Translations under genes and position numbers: made by a program
Source of the DNA: the human T2T-CHM13v2.0 reference genome, Homo sapiens
Assembly (NCBI RefSeq): GCF_009914755.1
Contig: NC_060927.1
Length of the DNA: 64,000 nucleotides
Strand: one strand, 5' to 3'
The notes under the pieces: generated by a model
Databases searched by the model: none
Told to the model about the DNA's origin: nothing
The model's input: the letters and a program-made list of their open reading frames with translations, nothing else
Shown here: positions 12,868-25,622 of the stretch, in pieces
Layout of the letters: each line of letters opens with the position of its first letter
How positions within the stretch are numbered: the stretch's first letter is position 1

Positions 12868-14890
12868 TCTTTTCTTTTTTATCATGGAAAACTGCAAACA
12901 TATACAAAAGTAGAGTGTGTACTATAATGAACCCCCATTTATCCGTCATCCAGCTTCAATAATTACTAAGTCACAGCTAGTCTTTTTTTCTCTATATTCT
13001 CTTCCTACTTTCTTCCCACCCCATTCCTGATTATTTCAGGAATAATTCCAGCTATTCTATCACTTCACTTCTAAATATTTTAGGTTATGCCTTTATATGA
13101 GAAGAACTCTTCAAAAATCATAGCCACAATACCATTTTCATATAGAGAAAATTAGCAATAATTCCTTAATTTCATCAAATAACAAATATGTGCTTAAATT
13201 TTCCTGAATATTTTATACATTTTTTTACAGTTTGTTTGAATAAGAATATAAATAACATTTAAACATTGTGATAGATCAATATCTTTCTTTAGTCTGTTTT
13301 AATCTATACATTTGCTCTTTATTCTTTTCTTTTGAAATTTATTTGTTGGAGAACCTGGTCTCGGTCACTTGTCCTGGAAAGTTTGTCACACTTTGAATTT
13401 TGCTGATTGTATTTATGTGGTATAGTTTAACAAGTTCCTCTGTTGCCTGTATTTTTAGTCGTATTTAGAGGCTTGACTGTATTCAGGTTCACTTTTTTTT
13501 TGGTGGGGGGGCAAGACTACTTCATAGGCGGTGCGGTGCACTTGCCTCAGGAGGCATGCAGTGTCTGGTCGTCTCTTTGTCACGTTTAAACACACTGATG
13601 CTCATTGCCTAGACCCATTAATTCACTGGGGTTGGCAAAATGTTGATAAGCTAATTCTCTCATGCCACCCTTGTTTATTAGCTGAATACATCTATAAATA
13701 GATACTTCTTTTCATCAACTCTGCAGTTACCCTGAGGGATAGTTCATTTAGAAAAAGCAAGATAGATGCTTGATTATGCCCCCTCTCTTAACCAATTTTT
13801 AAGATAATTAGTTGGTTCATTTGCATCTTCCAATGATGACTAAATAGTTTATTTTTGATTTTTATAAACTGATGAATTTAGTCATATTTGATGTCCTTTA
13901 ATCTATTATAGTTATCATTATTGAAGCTCAAGTGGCTTCCCTTTGGCCAGTGGGAGCATCTTCAGGTTTTCTCCTGAGTCCTTTGACATGACCCTAAAAG
14001 TCTTTCATAGTTCCTTTGCTTTTTAATGTCCCAGACTCAACTTGTGGAATTCCTGCCACAGACTAGTCATTAAACATTTCTCCGAGGATTCTTGCTTTCT
14101 TTTAGGAAAAGCGGACATTAGCAGCGCTCGTTGTCACTGGTTTAGCCTTTGTTTCTAGGCTTTTAAAATGAACAGAGATGGAAATGAGTGGATATATATT
14201 TAAGATGAAATATATTCTGAGTTAATACTGTTGCTACAATTTAGGTTAGGATTATGGAATTTTACTTCACTTTATTGATCTTATGTCTATATGCCTTTTC
14301 TCCCTTACTGGAAATATTATTTCTCAATGTCACCAGATAATTACTCATGTGCTTCACTAACAATACACATGCAATGGTCTAAGAATAACAGTACAAACGC
14401 CACCATGGACATTATGATTTAAGCATTGCATATCAATTTAAATATTTTTTACAGTTATTTTTATCCTTAGGATATATTTCACTAGGGATGGATGTAGAGT
14501 CAAATTACTGTGTTTTTAAATTGTTTGGAATAATTCTGCTCTGTGTGGTTATACTACTCACTGAATACAGAGTTAGGTTCACTTATTTCATTTTGCTTTT
14601 GATTTTAATGAATTACTTTTCTAAAATTTAATTTGTCTTTTACTTATGTAGAACATTTATGGGGTTCCAAAATTAACTTTATAAAGCAAAGTATATTTAA
14701 AGAAGTCTAGCTCTGACCTACAGTACTTTTAATATAAGCAAATATATTTTATATATTTATAATCCTTTTTGATAGATAATTGATAGCAAACTATGTATTT
14801 TTTCTACCTTGCGTTTTGCACTTCATATATCCCTGAATTCTTTCATAATGGTATATATGTTCCTCCTTCCTTTTTATACCTGATATCATT
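12868..14890 (-). mobile_element. Old L1 3' region (L1MC4/5-like)
   Basis: caaacatatacaaaagtagag...tataatgaacccccat...ccagcttcaataatt, typical antisense L1MC 3' end; AT-rich 2 kb. Confidence 0.75.
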
Positions 14891-16234
14891 TCTTGTCAGT
14901 ATCACTATGCCGTCTCTAGCCATCTATTTTCTAACTTGAAGTGTTGAGTCTTTGTGTCTTGGAGAGTAGATCTTCCAGCTTATAAGGACTGTGTTAACAC
15001 AGGTTCTGAGTGAGGACCCAAAGAGCTCTACGGTAAGGAGTGGGTCTGGTCTTCCTGGTGGGTATCCTGACTGCTGCATCTTGTTGCTCAATAAAAATTA
15101 GTTGAATCAAACTGCTTCAATATGTTTTAGACATCCTCACAATTATTAGAACGGTCACTGCAACAATAGGAACCACTACTTTCACACCAAATATATCTAT
15201 AACATTTGATCCCTTTGGCTGACAAAGATAGTTGTGTCTGAAAATTACTATGCCGTTGGAATTTCTTCTGGGAAACCTGTAATTTCTGGGGATCATGCAG
15301 GCTTAAGAATAAAAACATTATTGGCAGGATTCATCTTAATGGAAAGTTGTTCTGTAAGCCAGGAAGGGGCTTATCATTTCTCTCCCATAGCATTATTTTA
15401 CTGGCTGATCAATTCATTTATTCATGTGTTCACTTAATTTATAAAATGCAGCTTTTTGAGCTTTGACCACATCTAGACATCACGCTGGAATGGAAACTGA
15501 GGGTGTTTTCCTTTTTCCTTTGAGTCCATTGGCATCTTTTCTGGTCTTCTGGGAACATTTCTATATGACCTGTGCATTCTTAGCCCCAGAATGCCAAATT
15601 CTCCTTCCAGAAAGTGATGTTTAAACCTGGGCAGGTGTTAAGAATTGGGCCAATGTTTGCAAACACTTGTTTGAATAGAAGGAGAACAGTGCTTCTGTTT
15701 ATGCTTTCAATTTATGTCCTCAGTTCATTCTGCTGAAAGTGTGTCTTTATTTTTGATAGTTAAGTCTGGAATAGACTCAGGCCAAATATATTTAGGTCTT
15801 TATAAAGTACTTATACATTTCTTAAAACAAAAGCTTTTATTGACTAAGCATTAATAAGATTATGTTTGTGACAAGAAATAATTGGCACCTTTTCTAAATA
15901 TAAACTCTTCTCTGTTTTCTCACAGCTGACAGGCTTTTCAGTTCTGGGGCACAGTTTGCCTTCTCCTCTGCAGAACCTGCTCTTTTTTTCAAGATAATAT
16001 GAATGGGTTAGTACTGCTTTGCAATGCTGTAGTCTTCTGCTTAAAACAATTTGCTTTTAAAGGCTGTTACAAATTGATCTACATACACTTTCAGGCTGCG
16101 TTATTAAACTACGGCTTGGGGTTACTTTGTGCAAAGGAAATAATATGAAGAGAGAGCTTCTGAAGGAGTATACCAGCAGGGGGCAAAGCACATGTATGAG
16201 GGGGCAAAAGGCAAGGCAGGACACCTAAAAAATG

Positions 16235-16590
16235 ATACACATGTGCATGCACCTGTATACACATTCACTGATGCACACACATATACACATGCACATACCC
16301 TCACATGTACACATACATATGCACTTAACAAGCACATACACATACTTGTAGAAACACATGCACACACCTTCACACAAACTTGCACATACACACACCTGTA
16401 TGTTCATATACACATTCATAAACCTACTGATACATGTAGGTATATATACAGACATACACACTCTCACACATCCACCCACTCACATCCATACTCTCACACA
16501 CTCATGCACACTTATGCATAAACACTCATAAAACACACACTCATAAACACATGCACACACTTGCACACAGGTCCCAATAAACACATACAC
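16235..16590. repeat. Degenerate (CA/CATA)n low-complexity tract
   Basis: Directly visible; explains the His/Thr- and Cys/Val-rich ORFs. Confidence 0.9.
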
Positions 16591-17434
16591 TTATGCCTTC
16601 CTTTGTCATGGAGGTTTGAAATAGTCATTTAAGATGGAAGCTATTTTATTCACCCAATGCTGCTCTTTTCACTGTGTTCAGAAACCAGACATCTGGATGG
16701 AAATTCACCTATTGCCATTCATTTTTGTCCTGGGTGTCCTGCTAGGCAGTAGGCTCTCTATGGTTCCAGTGCAAAGGACTGGTTTTTGTAGTAAAATTTG
16801 GCCCCAGAACCAACATCTAAAAATCCAGGGGTCAAGTATAATCTTTGCTCCCCAGCTGGGAGAAATAAAGCAGAAAGAGGGCCCGGGATGTGCCCAAGGA
16901 CTTCCAAGGAGGTCACAAGTAGCTGAGCACAGCCCAGAAACCAGCCCCTCTGAAACCTTGGCCCCTCAGGCTTTGAGCTGAGGTGACTTGGCTTGACAGT
17001 CCCAGGTAAAGATGCTTGTTTTTAGTTCTAAACATTTTCTACTGTTAATGAATTCTTTAATTGAACTCATTAGTCGTGTTTTTCATTATACAAAATGACC
17101 CCTAAGATAAGACCCCCTTACATTGTTCAGAGGAAGTAGCAGTATATTTTGCACCTCATTTATCAAACTTGTTTGAAGTAGCAATTATGTGCATGCTTCA
17201 TGAGCCAGGCACGCTCTGAAATTGCTGGGAATGTAATTTTTCGGAGCACTATTTCATTGCTGCCTGTCCAAGTGACAGAAAACAAAGCTGATCGTACAAG
17301 TAAGACTCTGCCTTCAGAGAAGAAATGACTACTTGCCTAATGAAGGGCCTTTCCATAGAAGACCAGATTTACACTGAGGTTTTTCTCTGGACAAAAAGGG
17401 GCCTACCATTTAGACTCTCACACTCAGTCAGCCC

Positions 17435-17474
17435 TGCGTCAAGGTCACACCACATAGGGCCATGAGTCATGGCC
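17435..17474. promoter_or_regulatory. Candidate enhancer motif cluster (CRE-like, ERR/NR5A, RUNX, AP-1)
   Basis: TGCGTCA 17435, TCAAGGTCA 17439, ACCACA 17449, TGAGTCA 17463; motif match only. Confidence 0.3.
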
Positions 17475-17589
17475 AAATCAGGCCTGCCCTGCCTCCTGAC
17501 AATCCCTCACTCAGAGCTCTCACTCAGCCTCTTCTCGTGAGCTTTGAAGGAGCCAGAGATATGAGGCTTCTTTTTAGCAAGCATCCTTT

Positions 17590-19595
17590 TGTGACTTCTG
17601 GTTTCCAGTCTCTCATGTAAGAAGCTGGGAAGTCACCATTCTATCCTAACGACAAGTAAAAAGCTATTGAATAAACTGAAAAATTCATAACTCTTTTTAA
17701 ATCTGTAAGATAATTAATTCACAAAACAGACATCTGACCCCCAAACTGGAAAGACCAACAAGGGAATACAGAGAGTTACAGCTTACTGGAGCAGAAGCTT
17801 CAGAAAGAGCAAGTGTCAGGATAGAACACCCTGAACTATAGTTTATGAGTTGGTGGAGGCTCCATGTGAACAGGTGTGAGAGAGAAAAACTCCAAGAGGA
17901 CACGGCCATAGAGGGGCCCTCACACTTTTGTGAGTTTTAGCTGCTGGAGTTTTACCAGGTTCTCACTGTGAATATTGGGAAAAAAAATCCCCTCATGTTT
18001 CCAGCAGGAGAAAAGGAAAAGAAGCATTTTGAAATATGCCAGAGCAATCTATTCTTAAGAAGGCCTGCCCTCAGGGGAAACTACTTAACCAGAGCCTACC
18101 CTGCTGGGCTTTTATCAGAGCCTAACTGACATAGGGGATGGGAAATACCAAACCCCAGGCCCCTCTAATCTTCCAAGTGGAAGAAGGTAAATACTCAATT
18201 ATGGCCTACTCTAGCTATCATGTCCCACTAAAAGGGGTGGGAGTGGAGGGAGGTGGTACTGAGAAACAAATGTGAAGCTCACAGTCCAGAGCCACAAACT
18301 AACTAAAAGATTGAGACCTAATTTAATTACAGGACTATAAAATACTTCCCTTCCCCCCACACCTTCCTACCACATTACTAAAGGCCCATTTATAGTAGTT
18401 CCTTTTACCCACCTCATTGGTCTGGCTATCAAGAAAAAATTACAAGACATACTACCACAGCTTGAAGACAGAGGGCAAACACTAAAACCAGACTCAGATA
18501 TGGCAGGGATATTGGAATTATCAGATAGGAATTTATAACAGCCATGATTAATATGCTAAGGGCTCTAACGGAAAAGTAGACATCATGCAGATGGGCAATG
18601 TAAACAGAGAGACAGAACATCTAGGAAGGAACCAGAAAGAAATGTTAGAGATGAAATAACTGTAACAGAAATGGTGAATTCCTTTAATGGGCTTATTAGT
18701 AGAATAAAGATGTCTGAGGAAAGAAGCTCTGAGCTTGAGGATATCTCAAGAAAAACTTCCAAAACTGAAAGGCAAAGAAAAAAAAAGATTTAAAAAAGAA
18801 ACAGAATAGAATATCCAAGAACTATGAGACACTTACAAAAGATGTAACATACGCATAATGAGAATACCAGAAGGAGAAGAGAAAGAAACAGAGGAAATAT
18901 TGATACAATAATGACTGAGAATTTCCCCAGACACCAAATCACAGATCAAGGAGGCTTAGAGAACACCAAGCCACCTAAACGCCAGAAAAACTATGCCTAG
19001 GCATATCACTTTCAAACTACAGAAAATCAAAGATAAAGAAAAAATCTTGAAAGAATCCAGAGGAAAAAGCACCTTATTTATGGATCAGCAAAGACAAGAA
19101 TTACATCTGACTCTGTCTTATCCTCAGAAACCACGTAGCCTGAGTACATAGAAACAGAGAATAAAATGCTGATTATCAGGGAGAGGATGGGGAAATGTAG
19201 TCAAAGGGTAAAAAGTTGAGCTATGTAGGATGAATAAGGCTAGAGAATGTACAACATGAGGACTATAATAATAATGTTGTATTATATACTGAAAATTTGC
19301 TGAGAGTAGATTTTTAGGACTCTTACCACAAAAAAATGGGTAAGCATTAATTTGCTTAACTATAGTGAACATTTCACTAAGTATATGAAAAATCATGTTG
19401 TACAGCTTAAATACATTACAATAAAAAGAAAAAGAAAAAAGAAGCCATGTGAGCAAGAAAAGAGTGAAGTAAAGTATTTAAAGTGCTGAGAGAAAAAAAT
19501 CCACCAACCTAGAATTCTGTACCCTGTGAAATTATGCTTCAAAAATAAAGGAGAAATAAAGATTTTCTCAGACAAACAAAAATCGAAGGAATTTC
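17590..19595 (+). mobile_element. Old L1 5' UTR/ORF1 remnant (L1MD-like)
   Basis: gacttctggtttccag start; ORF1-like gagaataccagaaggagaaga, aacctagaattctgtaccctgtgaaattat. Confidence 0.8.
19141..19440 (+). mobile_element. L1 3' end (L1MA9/10-L1MB1-like) nested in the older L1
   Basis: atactgaaaatttgctgagagtagatt, aataaa plus A-tail; approximate TSD agaaaccacgtagc/agaagccatgtgagc. Confidence 0.85.
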
Positions 19596-19991
19596 CTTAC
19601 ACATCATTGATCTGTTCAGAGTTTCTGTTTTTTTTAATTCAGTTTTTATATGTTGTATGTTTCTAGGAATTTATCCAGTTTTTCTAGGTTATCCAGTTTA
19701 TTGTCATACAATTGCTCATAGCAGTTTTTATGATCTTGTTTATTTATAATGTCTCTTCTTCAATTTCTGATTTTATTTATTTGAGTCTTCTCTTTTTTTT
19801 CTAAGCTAGGTACAGCTAAAGGTTTGTCAATTTTATTTATCTTCTTAAAAATCAAAGTTTTAGTTTCATTCATTTCTTCTATTGTTTCTCTCATTTTTAG
19901 TTCACTTACTTCTGTTCTAATCATTGTTATTTCCTTCCTTCTGCTATTTTAGGTGTTAGTTTGTTCTTTTTCTGGTTCGTTAAGATCTAGG

Positions 19992-20214
19992 CAGGGGTGT
20001 CCAATCTTTTGGCTTACCTGGGCCACATTGTAAGAAAAAGAATTGTCTTGGGTCACACATAAAATACACTAACACTAATGATAGCTGCTGAGGTACAAAA
20101 AAATCACAAAAAAATCTCATCATGTTTTAAGAAAGTTTATGAATTTGTGTTGGGCCACATTCAAATCCATCCTGGTCTGCATGTGGCCCATGAACCATGG
20201 GTTGGACAAGCTTG
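19992..20214 (+). mobile_element. MER30 hAT-Charlie MITE
   Basis: caggggtgtccaatcttttggc...gggttggacaagcttg. Confidence 0.92.
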
Positions 20215-20678
20215 GTAGAGTTAGGTTATTTGAGATTTTTTTCTTTTTAAGTGTATTTATTGCTATAAACTTCCCTCTTAGTACTTCTTTTGCTGCATCC
20301 CATAAGTTTTGGTATATTATATATTTTTGTGTTTATCTCAAGATATTTTATGATTTACCTTTTGATTTCTTCTTTGACCCATTGGTTATTCAGTAGTATG
20401 TTGTTTAATTTTCACATATTTGTGACTTTTTCCATTTTCCTTCATTTATTGATTTCTAGTTTTAGTCCATTGTGATTGAAAAATATATTTAGTATGACTT
20501 CAGTCTTTTTAAATTGTTTAAGACTTGTTTTGTGACCTAACATGTACTATATCTTGGAGAATGTACATGTGCACTTGAGAGGAATACATATTCTGCTGCA
20601 TTTGGGTAAAATGTTTTGTATGTTAGTTTGTCCATTTGGTCCATAGTGTCATTCAAATCTGGATTTTCTGTCCATTAC

Positions 20679-20972
20679 TCAAACTGGGGTAATTAAGTTT
20701 CCTACTGTTATTACATTACTCTCTTTATCTCCCTTCAGTTTTGTCAATATTTCCTGTATATATTTAGGTGCTCTGATGTTACATGCATATGTATTTATAA
20801 TTGCTATATCTTCATGATAAATTGATCCTTTTATAATTATGTGATGCCCTTCTTTGTCTCTTGTGACAGTTTTGACTTGACATCTCTTTTGTCTACTATT
20901 AAATATAGCCACCCCTGCTATCTGTTGTTTACTATTTGCATGGAATATCTTTATCCAACCCTTTACCTTCAA
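20679..20972 (-). pseudogene. Decayed L1 ORF2p endonuclease-domain fragment
   Basis: KVKGWIKIFHANSKQQIAGVAIF and RDKEGHHIIIKGSI resemble L1 ORF2p EN; surrounding frames are broken. Confidence 0.85.
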
Positions 20973-22147
20973 TTTATGTGTGTCAAATCTAAAGTGAGTC
21001 TCTTGTAGACAGCATACAGTTGGTTCTTTTTTTTTCCCAGTCGTTCAGTCACTCTTTTGATTGGGGAGTTTAATCCATTTCCATTTAAAGATATTATTGA
21101 TAAGGAAGCACTTGCTTTTTTATTTTGTTAATTGTTTTCTGTTCATGTTACAATGTTTTTGTTTCTCTTTTTCCCTCTTGTTACCTTCCTTTGTGTTTCA
21201 TTGATTTTTTTTTGTAATAATATGTTTGGGTTTTTTTTCTTTTGTGTACTTTTTATAGATATTTTATCTTTGTGCTGACCATAAGGCTTTCATTAAACAC
21301 CCTATATTTATAACATTCTATTTTAAGCTGAAAACAACATAACTTCAGTCAAATAAAAAAGCTCATACTTAATGCTTCCCACATTTAATGTTATTTATGT
21401 CACAATTCATATCTTTTTATATTGTATACCCATTAACAAATGTTTGTAGTTATAGTTATTTTTAGTACTTTTGTCTTTTAGCTTTTATACTTTTGTTTTA
21501 TGAAACTAAAATTGATTTACATATCACCATTACATTATATTATTATGTATATCTGTATATACATTATAATAATCTGTATATCTGTATATAATATACAGAA
21601 TATTATAGTATTCTGTATTTGTCTATATATTTATCTTTACCAGTGACTTTTATACTTTAATATGCTTTAATGTTGCTATTTAGTATCTTTTCTTTTCAAC
21701 TTGGAAAACCCCTTCTTGTCAGGTAGGTCTAGTGGCAATGAACTCCCTCAACTTTTATTTGTCTAGGCAAGTATTTTTCTCTCCTTTATTTGTTTAAGGA
21801 TACTTTTTCTGGGTATAATATTCTTGGTTGTCAGGGTTTTTTTTCTTTTTTCTTTCAGGACTTTGAATATATCATTCCATTTCCTTCTAACCTGCAAAGT
21901 TTCTGCGGAGAAATTTGCTTAGATTCCTATAGAGGCTCCTGTACACATAATGAGTTCCTTCTTTCTTACTGCTTTCAAAATTTTATTTGTATGAAGTGCA
22001 AATTCTGCCAAACATTTAAAAAAAATTAACACCAATCTTTTTCAAACTATTCCAGAAAATTGAAAACAAGGAAACACTTTCAAACTCATTTTATGAAGCC
22101 AACATTATGCTGATAACAAAGCCAGTCAGCAACTACAAGAAAAGAGG

Positions 22148-22832
22148 AGCCAGGTGCAGTACTCATGCCTGTAATTATAGCACTTTGGGAGGCCAAGGCA
22201 GGAGGCTCACTTAAGGCCAGGAGTTTGAGACCAGCCTGGGCAACATAGCAAGATCTCATCTCTATAAAAATTTTAAAATGTAGCCAGCCATGGTGGCATT
22301 CACGTATAGTCTTACATGTAGGTTTATCATATATGGCCCTTATTGTGTTGAGGTAAATTCCTTCTTTGCCTGTTTGGTTGAGAGTTTTTATCATGAAAGA
22401 ATGTTTGAACTTTGTCAAATTCTTTCTCTACATCTATTGAGATGATCGTATGATTTGTATCCTTCATTCTACTAATGCAGTGTATCACATTAATTGATTT
22501 GTGAATGCTGAGCCATCCTGACCTTCCAGGAAAAAAATCCAACTTAATTATGGCATATATTACATACACCATACATTAAAATACCCATAAAAGATACATA
22601 AAAGAAGAAAACTCCCAAAATATATTACTACAAAGAGTCAATGAAACACAAAGAAAGATAACAAGAGAAAAAAAGAGGAACAAAAAGCATTATAATACAA
22701 ACAGGAAAAACAAAAAAAGCAACCTCAGGAGGTTGAGGCAGGAGAATCAATTAAGCCCTGAAGTTTGAGGTTACTGTCAGCTGTGATCATGTCACTGCAC
22801 TCCAGCCTGAGTGACAGAGTGGTACCCTGTAT

Positions 22833-22868
<36 letters not shown>

Positions 22869-22870
22869 AA
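22148..22870 (+). mobile_element. AluJ split into 22148-22313 and 22724-22870
   Basis: J-type ggaggctcacttaaggccaggagtttgag, gggcaacatagcaagat; right part tttgaggttactgtcagctgtgat and long A tail. Confidence 0.9.
22314..22722 (-). repeat. Inverted composite copy of 23073-23312 and 21112-21265
   Basis: Reverse complement shares ttcctggaaggtcaggatggctca and cattagtagaatgaaggatacaaa with 23.1 kb, and tcaatgaaacacaaag matches the reverse complement at 21.2 kb. Confidence 0.75.
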
Positions 22871-22934
22871 GAAAGAAAACCACAGGCTAATATCCCTGAT
22901 GAGTATTGTTGAAAAAATCCTCAACAAAATACCA

Positions 22935-22993
22935 TTAAGTTGGTGCAAGAGTAATTGTGTGTTTTTTGCCATTAAATGTAATAGCAAACACAA
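22935..22993. mobile_element. MADE1 (Hsmar1 MITE), right TIR lost
   Basis: ttaagttggtgcaagagtaattg...tttttgccatta. Confidence 0.8.
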
Positions 22994-23412
22994 TAGCAAC
23001 GTAATAGCAAACATCGCAACATAATAGCAAACTAAATTCAATAGCACATAAAAATTTTCACTGAATTATGAAACATATGCTATAATCAAGTGGGACTTTT
23101 TTCCTGGAAGGTCAGGATGGCTCAATATACACAAATCAATTAATGTGATAATCACATTAGTAGAATGAAGGATACAAACCATGTGATATCTCAATAGCTG
23201 CAGAGAAGGCATTTGACAAAGTTCAGTACCCTTTCATGATAAAAACTCTCAACAAAGAGGTACAGAAGGAATTTATCTCAACATGATAAGGGCCATATAG
23301 GGCAAGCCCACAGCCAACATGATATTCGATGGTAAAAACAAAACAAAACAAAACTGAAAGGTTTTCTTCTAAGAGCAGAAGCAAGACAGGGATGCTCACT
23401 CTTGCCACTTCT

Positions 23413-23733
23413 TTTTCTTTCTTTCTTTTTAACATGTGACAGTTTCAGTTACTCAAATCCTCGCCAACTCTTGGTATTTTAAACTCTGATAACATGTCTA
23501 TTCTGGTGGGTGTAGGACAGAGAAACTGTAGTGGTTTTGGCTTTTTATATAATTCTTGTACATATATTTGAGGTATATGTGATATTTTAATACCTGTATA
23601 CAATGTATAATAATCAAATCAGGGCAATTGAGATATTTATAATCTCAAACATCTATCTTTTCTTTTTGGTGGGAACATTGCAATTCTCTTCTAGCTATTT
23701 TGAAATATACAAAAAAATTATTGTTAACTATAA
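23413..23733 (-). mobile_element. L1MA 3' end plus about 110-bp extra segment and A-tail
   Basis: Antisense L1MA end (tctagctattttgaaatatac) at 23542-23733; TSD ttgccacttct/ttgtcacttct. Confidence 0.8.
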
Positions 23734-24023
23734 TTGTCACTTCTATTCAACATAGTACTGAAAGTCCTTGCTAGAGCAATTAGGCAAGAAAAAGGAATAA
23801 AACTCATTCAAATTGGAAATGAAAGAGTAAAATTGTATCCTTTTACATAAGATAACATAATTTTATATGAATCCCTAAAAACTTCACACACAAAGCCCCA
23901 TTAGTACTAATAAATGAATTCAATAAAGTTGCAAAATACAAAGTCAACATACAAAATAGGCTGCATTTTTACACACTAACTACAAACTGTTTGAAAACGA
24001 AGTTAAGAAAATAATTCCATTTA

Positions 24024-24382
<359 letters not shown>

Positions 24383-24565
24383 TCAATAGCATGTTTTTTT
24401 AACCAAAATAGAAAAACAAAATAGAAAAGTCACTGTACCCTTCGTTTCTTAATTAAAACATTTATATGAAACTGTAAAAGGCCCCTAAATAGCCAAAGTA
24501 ATATTGAGAAAGAAGAACAATGCTAGAGGCCTCTCAATTCCTGATTTGAAAATATATTAAAAAGC

Positions 24566-24905
<340 letters not shown>

Positions 24906-25454
24906 TTAAAATAGTATGATACTGGCATTAGGACAGACATATAGATCGATGGACCAAAATAAAGAACCCAGTAATAAACCAAAAAATATATGCTTGAATG
25001 ATCTTAAGGGTGCCAAGTTTATAGAATGGGGAAAGAATAGTCTTTTTGGCATTTCAAGTTTGTACATACAAAAGTATAAAACGGAACGCTTAGCTTACGC
25101 CTACACGAAATCAACTCAAAACGAATTAGAGGCTTAAGACCTGAAAATGTAAAACTCCTAGAAGGAAACATAGGGGAAACCTTCTTGACATCAATCTTAG
25201 CAATGATTTCTTGAATATAACACCAAAAGCACAGGCATTGATGCTGACACCCACACTGCTACTTCACTTCCCCAAGCTCTAGACCTCTTATTATAGATAT
25301 GAGGATAATAAAGACCCCCTTTTACATCTGTTGCGAGGATGAGGATGAGGCTTGAGTATATCTATGGGGCACCTGGCACCCAGTGCTTCCTCCACACCTA
25401 TGTGCCATCCCCTTGCTCTTACACTGTGCCTAAGAAGCTAATCTTCATCAAGAT

Positions 25455-25622
25455 ATTGTTCTCACCCAACTGTACATTAGAATCACCTAGGGAGTTAAAA
25501 AATACTCAAGCCTGAGCCCTTGCCCCAGAGATTCTAATGTAATTGGTCTGGTGTGGCCTGGGTCCTGGATTTTTAAAATATCCCTAGGTGTTTTTACTGT
25601 ACAGACAATCGAAGATCATTGG
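25455..25622. mobile_element. MER5-family MITE
   Basis: cattagaatcacctagggag...ccccagagattctaatgtaattggtctgg. Confidence 0.75.

Larger units (their letters stand above)
19596..21987 (-). mobile_element. Inverted 5' part (ORF1 end to ORF2 N-terminal third) of a twin-primed L1M element
   Basis: Antisense L1 ORF1/ORF2 sequence including the endonuclease peptide. Confidence 0.85.

Noticed and set aside
15900-16100. Splice-acceptor-like tracts (ttttctcacag, ctcctctgcag; also near 3139 and 7373)
   Set aside because: Such motifs are common by chance; no convincing paired donor or reading frame without transcript data.
16122-16521. His/Thr-rich and Cys/Val-rich ORFs
   Set aside because: Translation of a degenerate CA repeat.
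22086-23435. RT-like peptides suggesting an active reverse transcriptase
   Set aside because: Fragmented, frameshifted L1 ORF2 relics.
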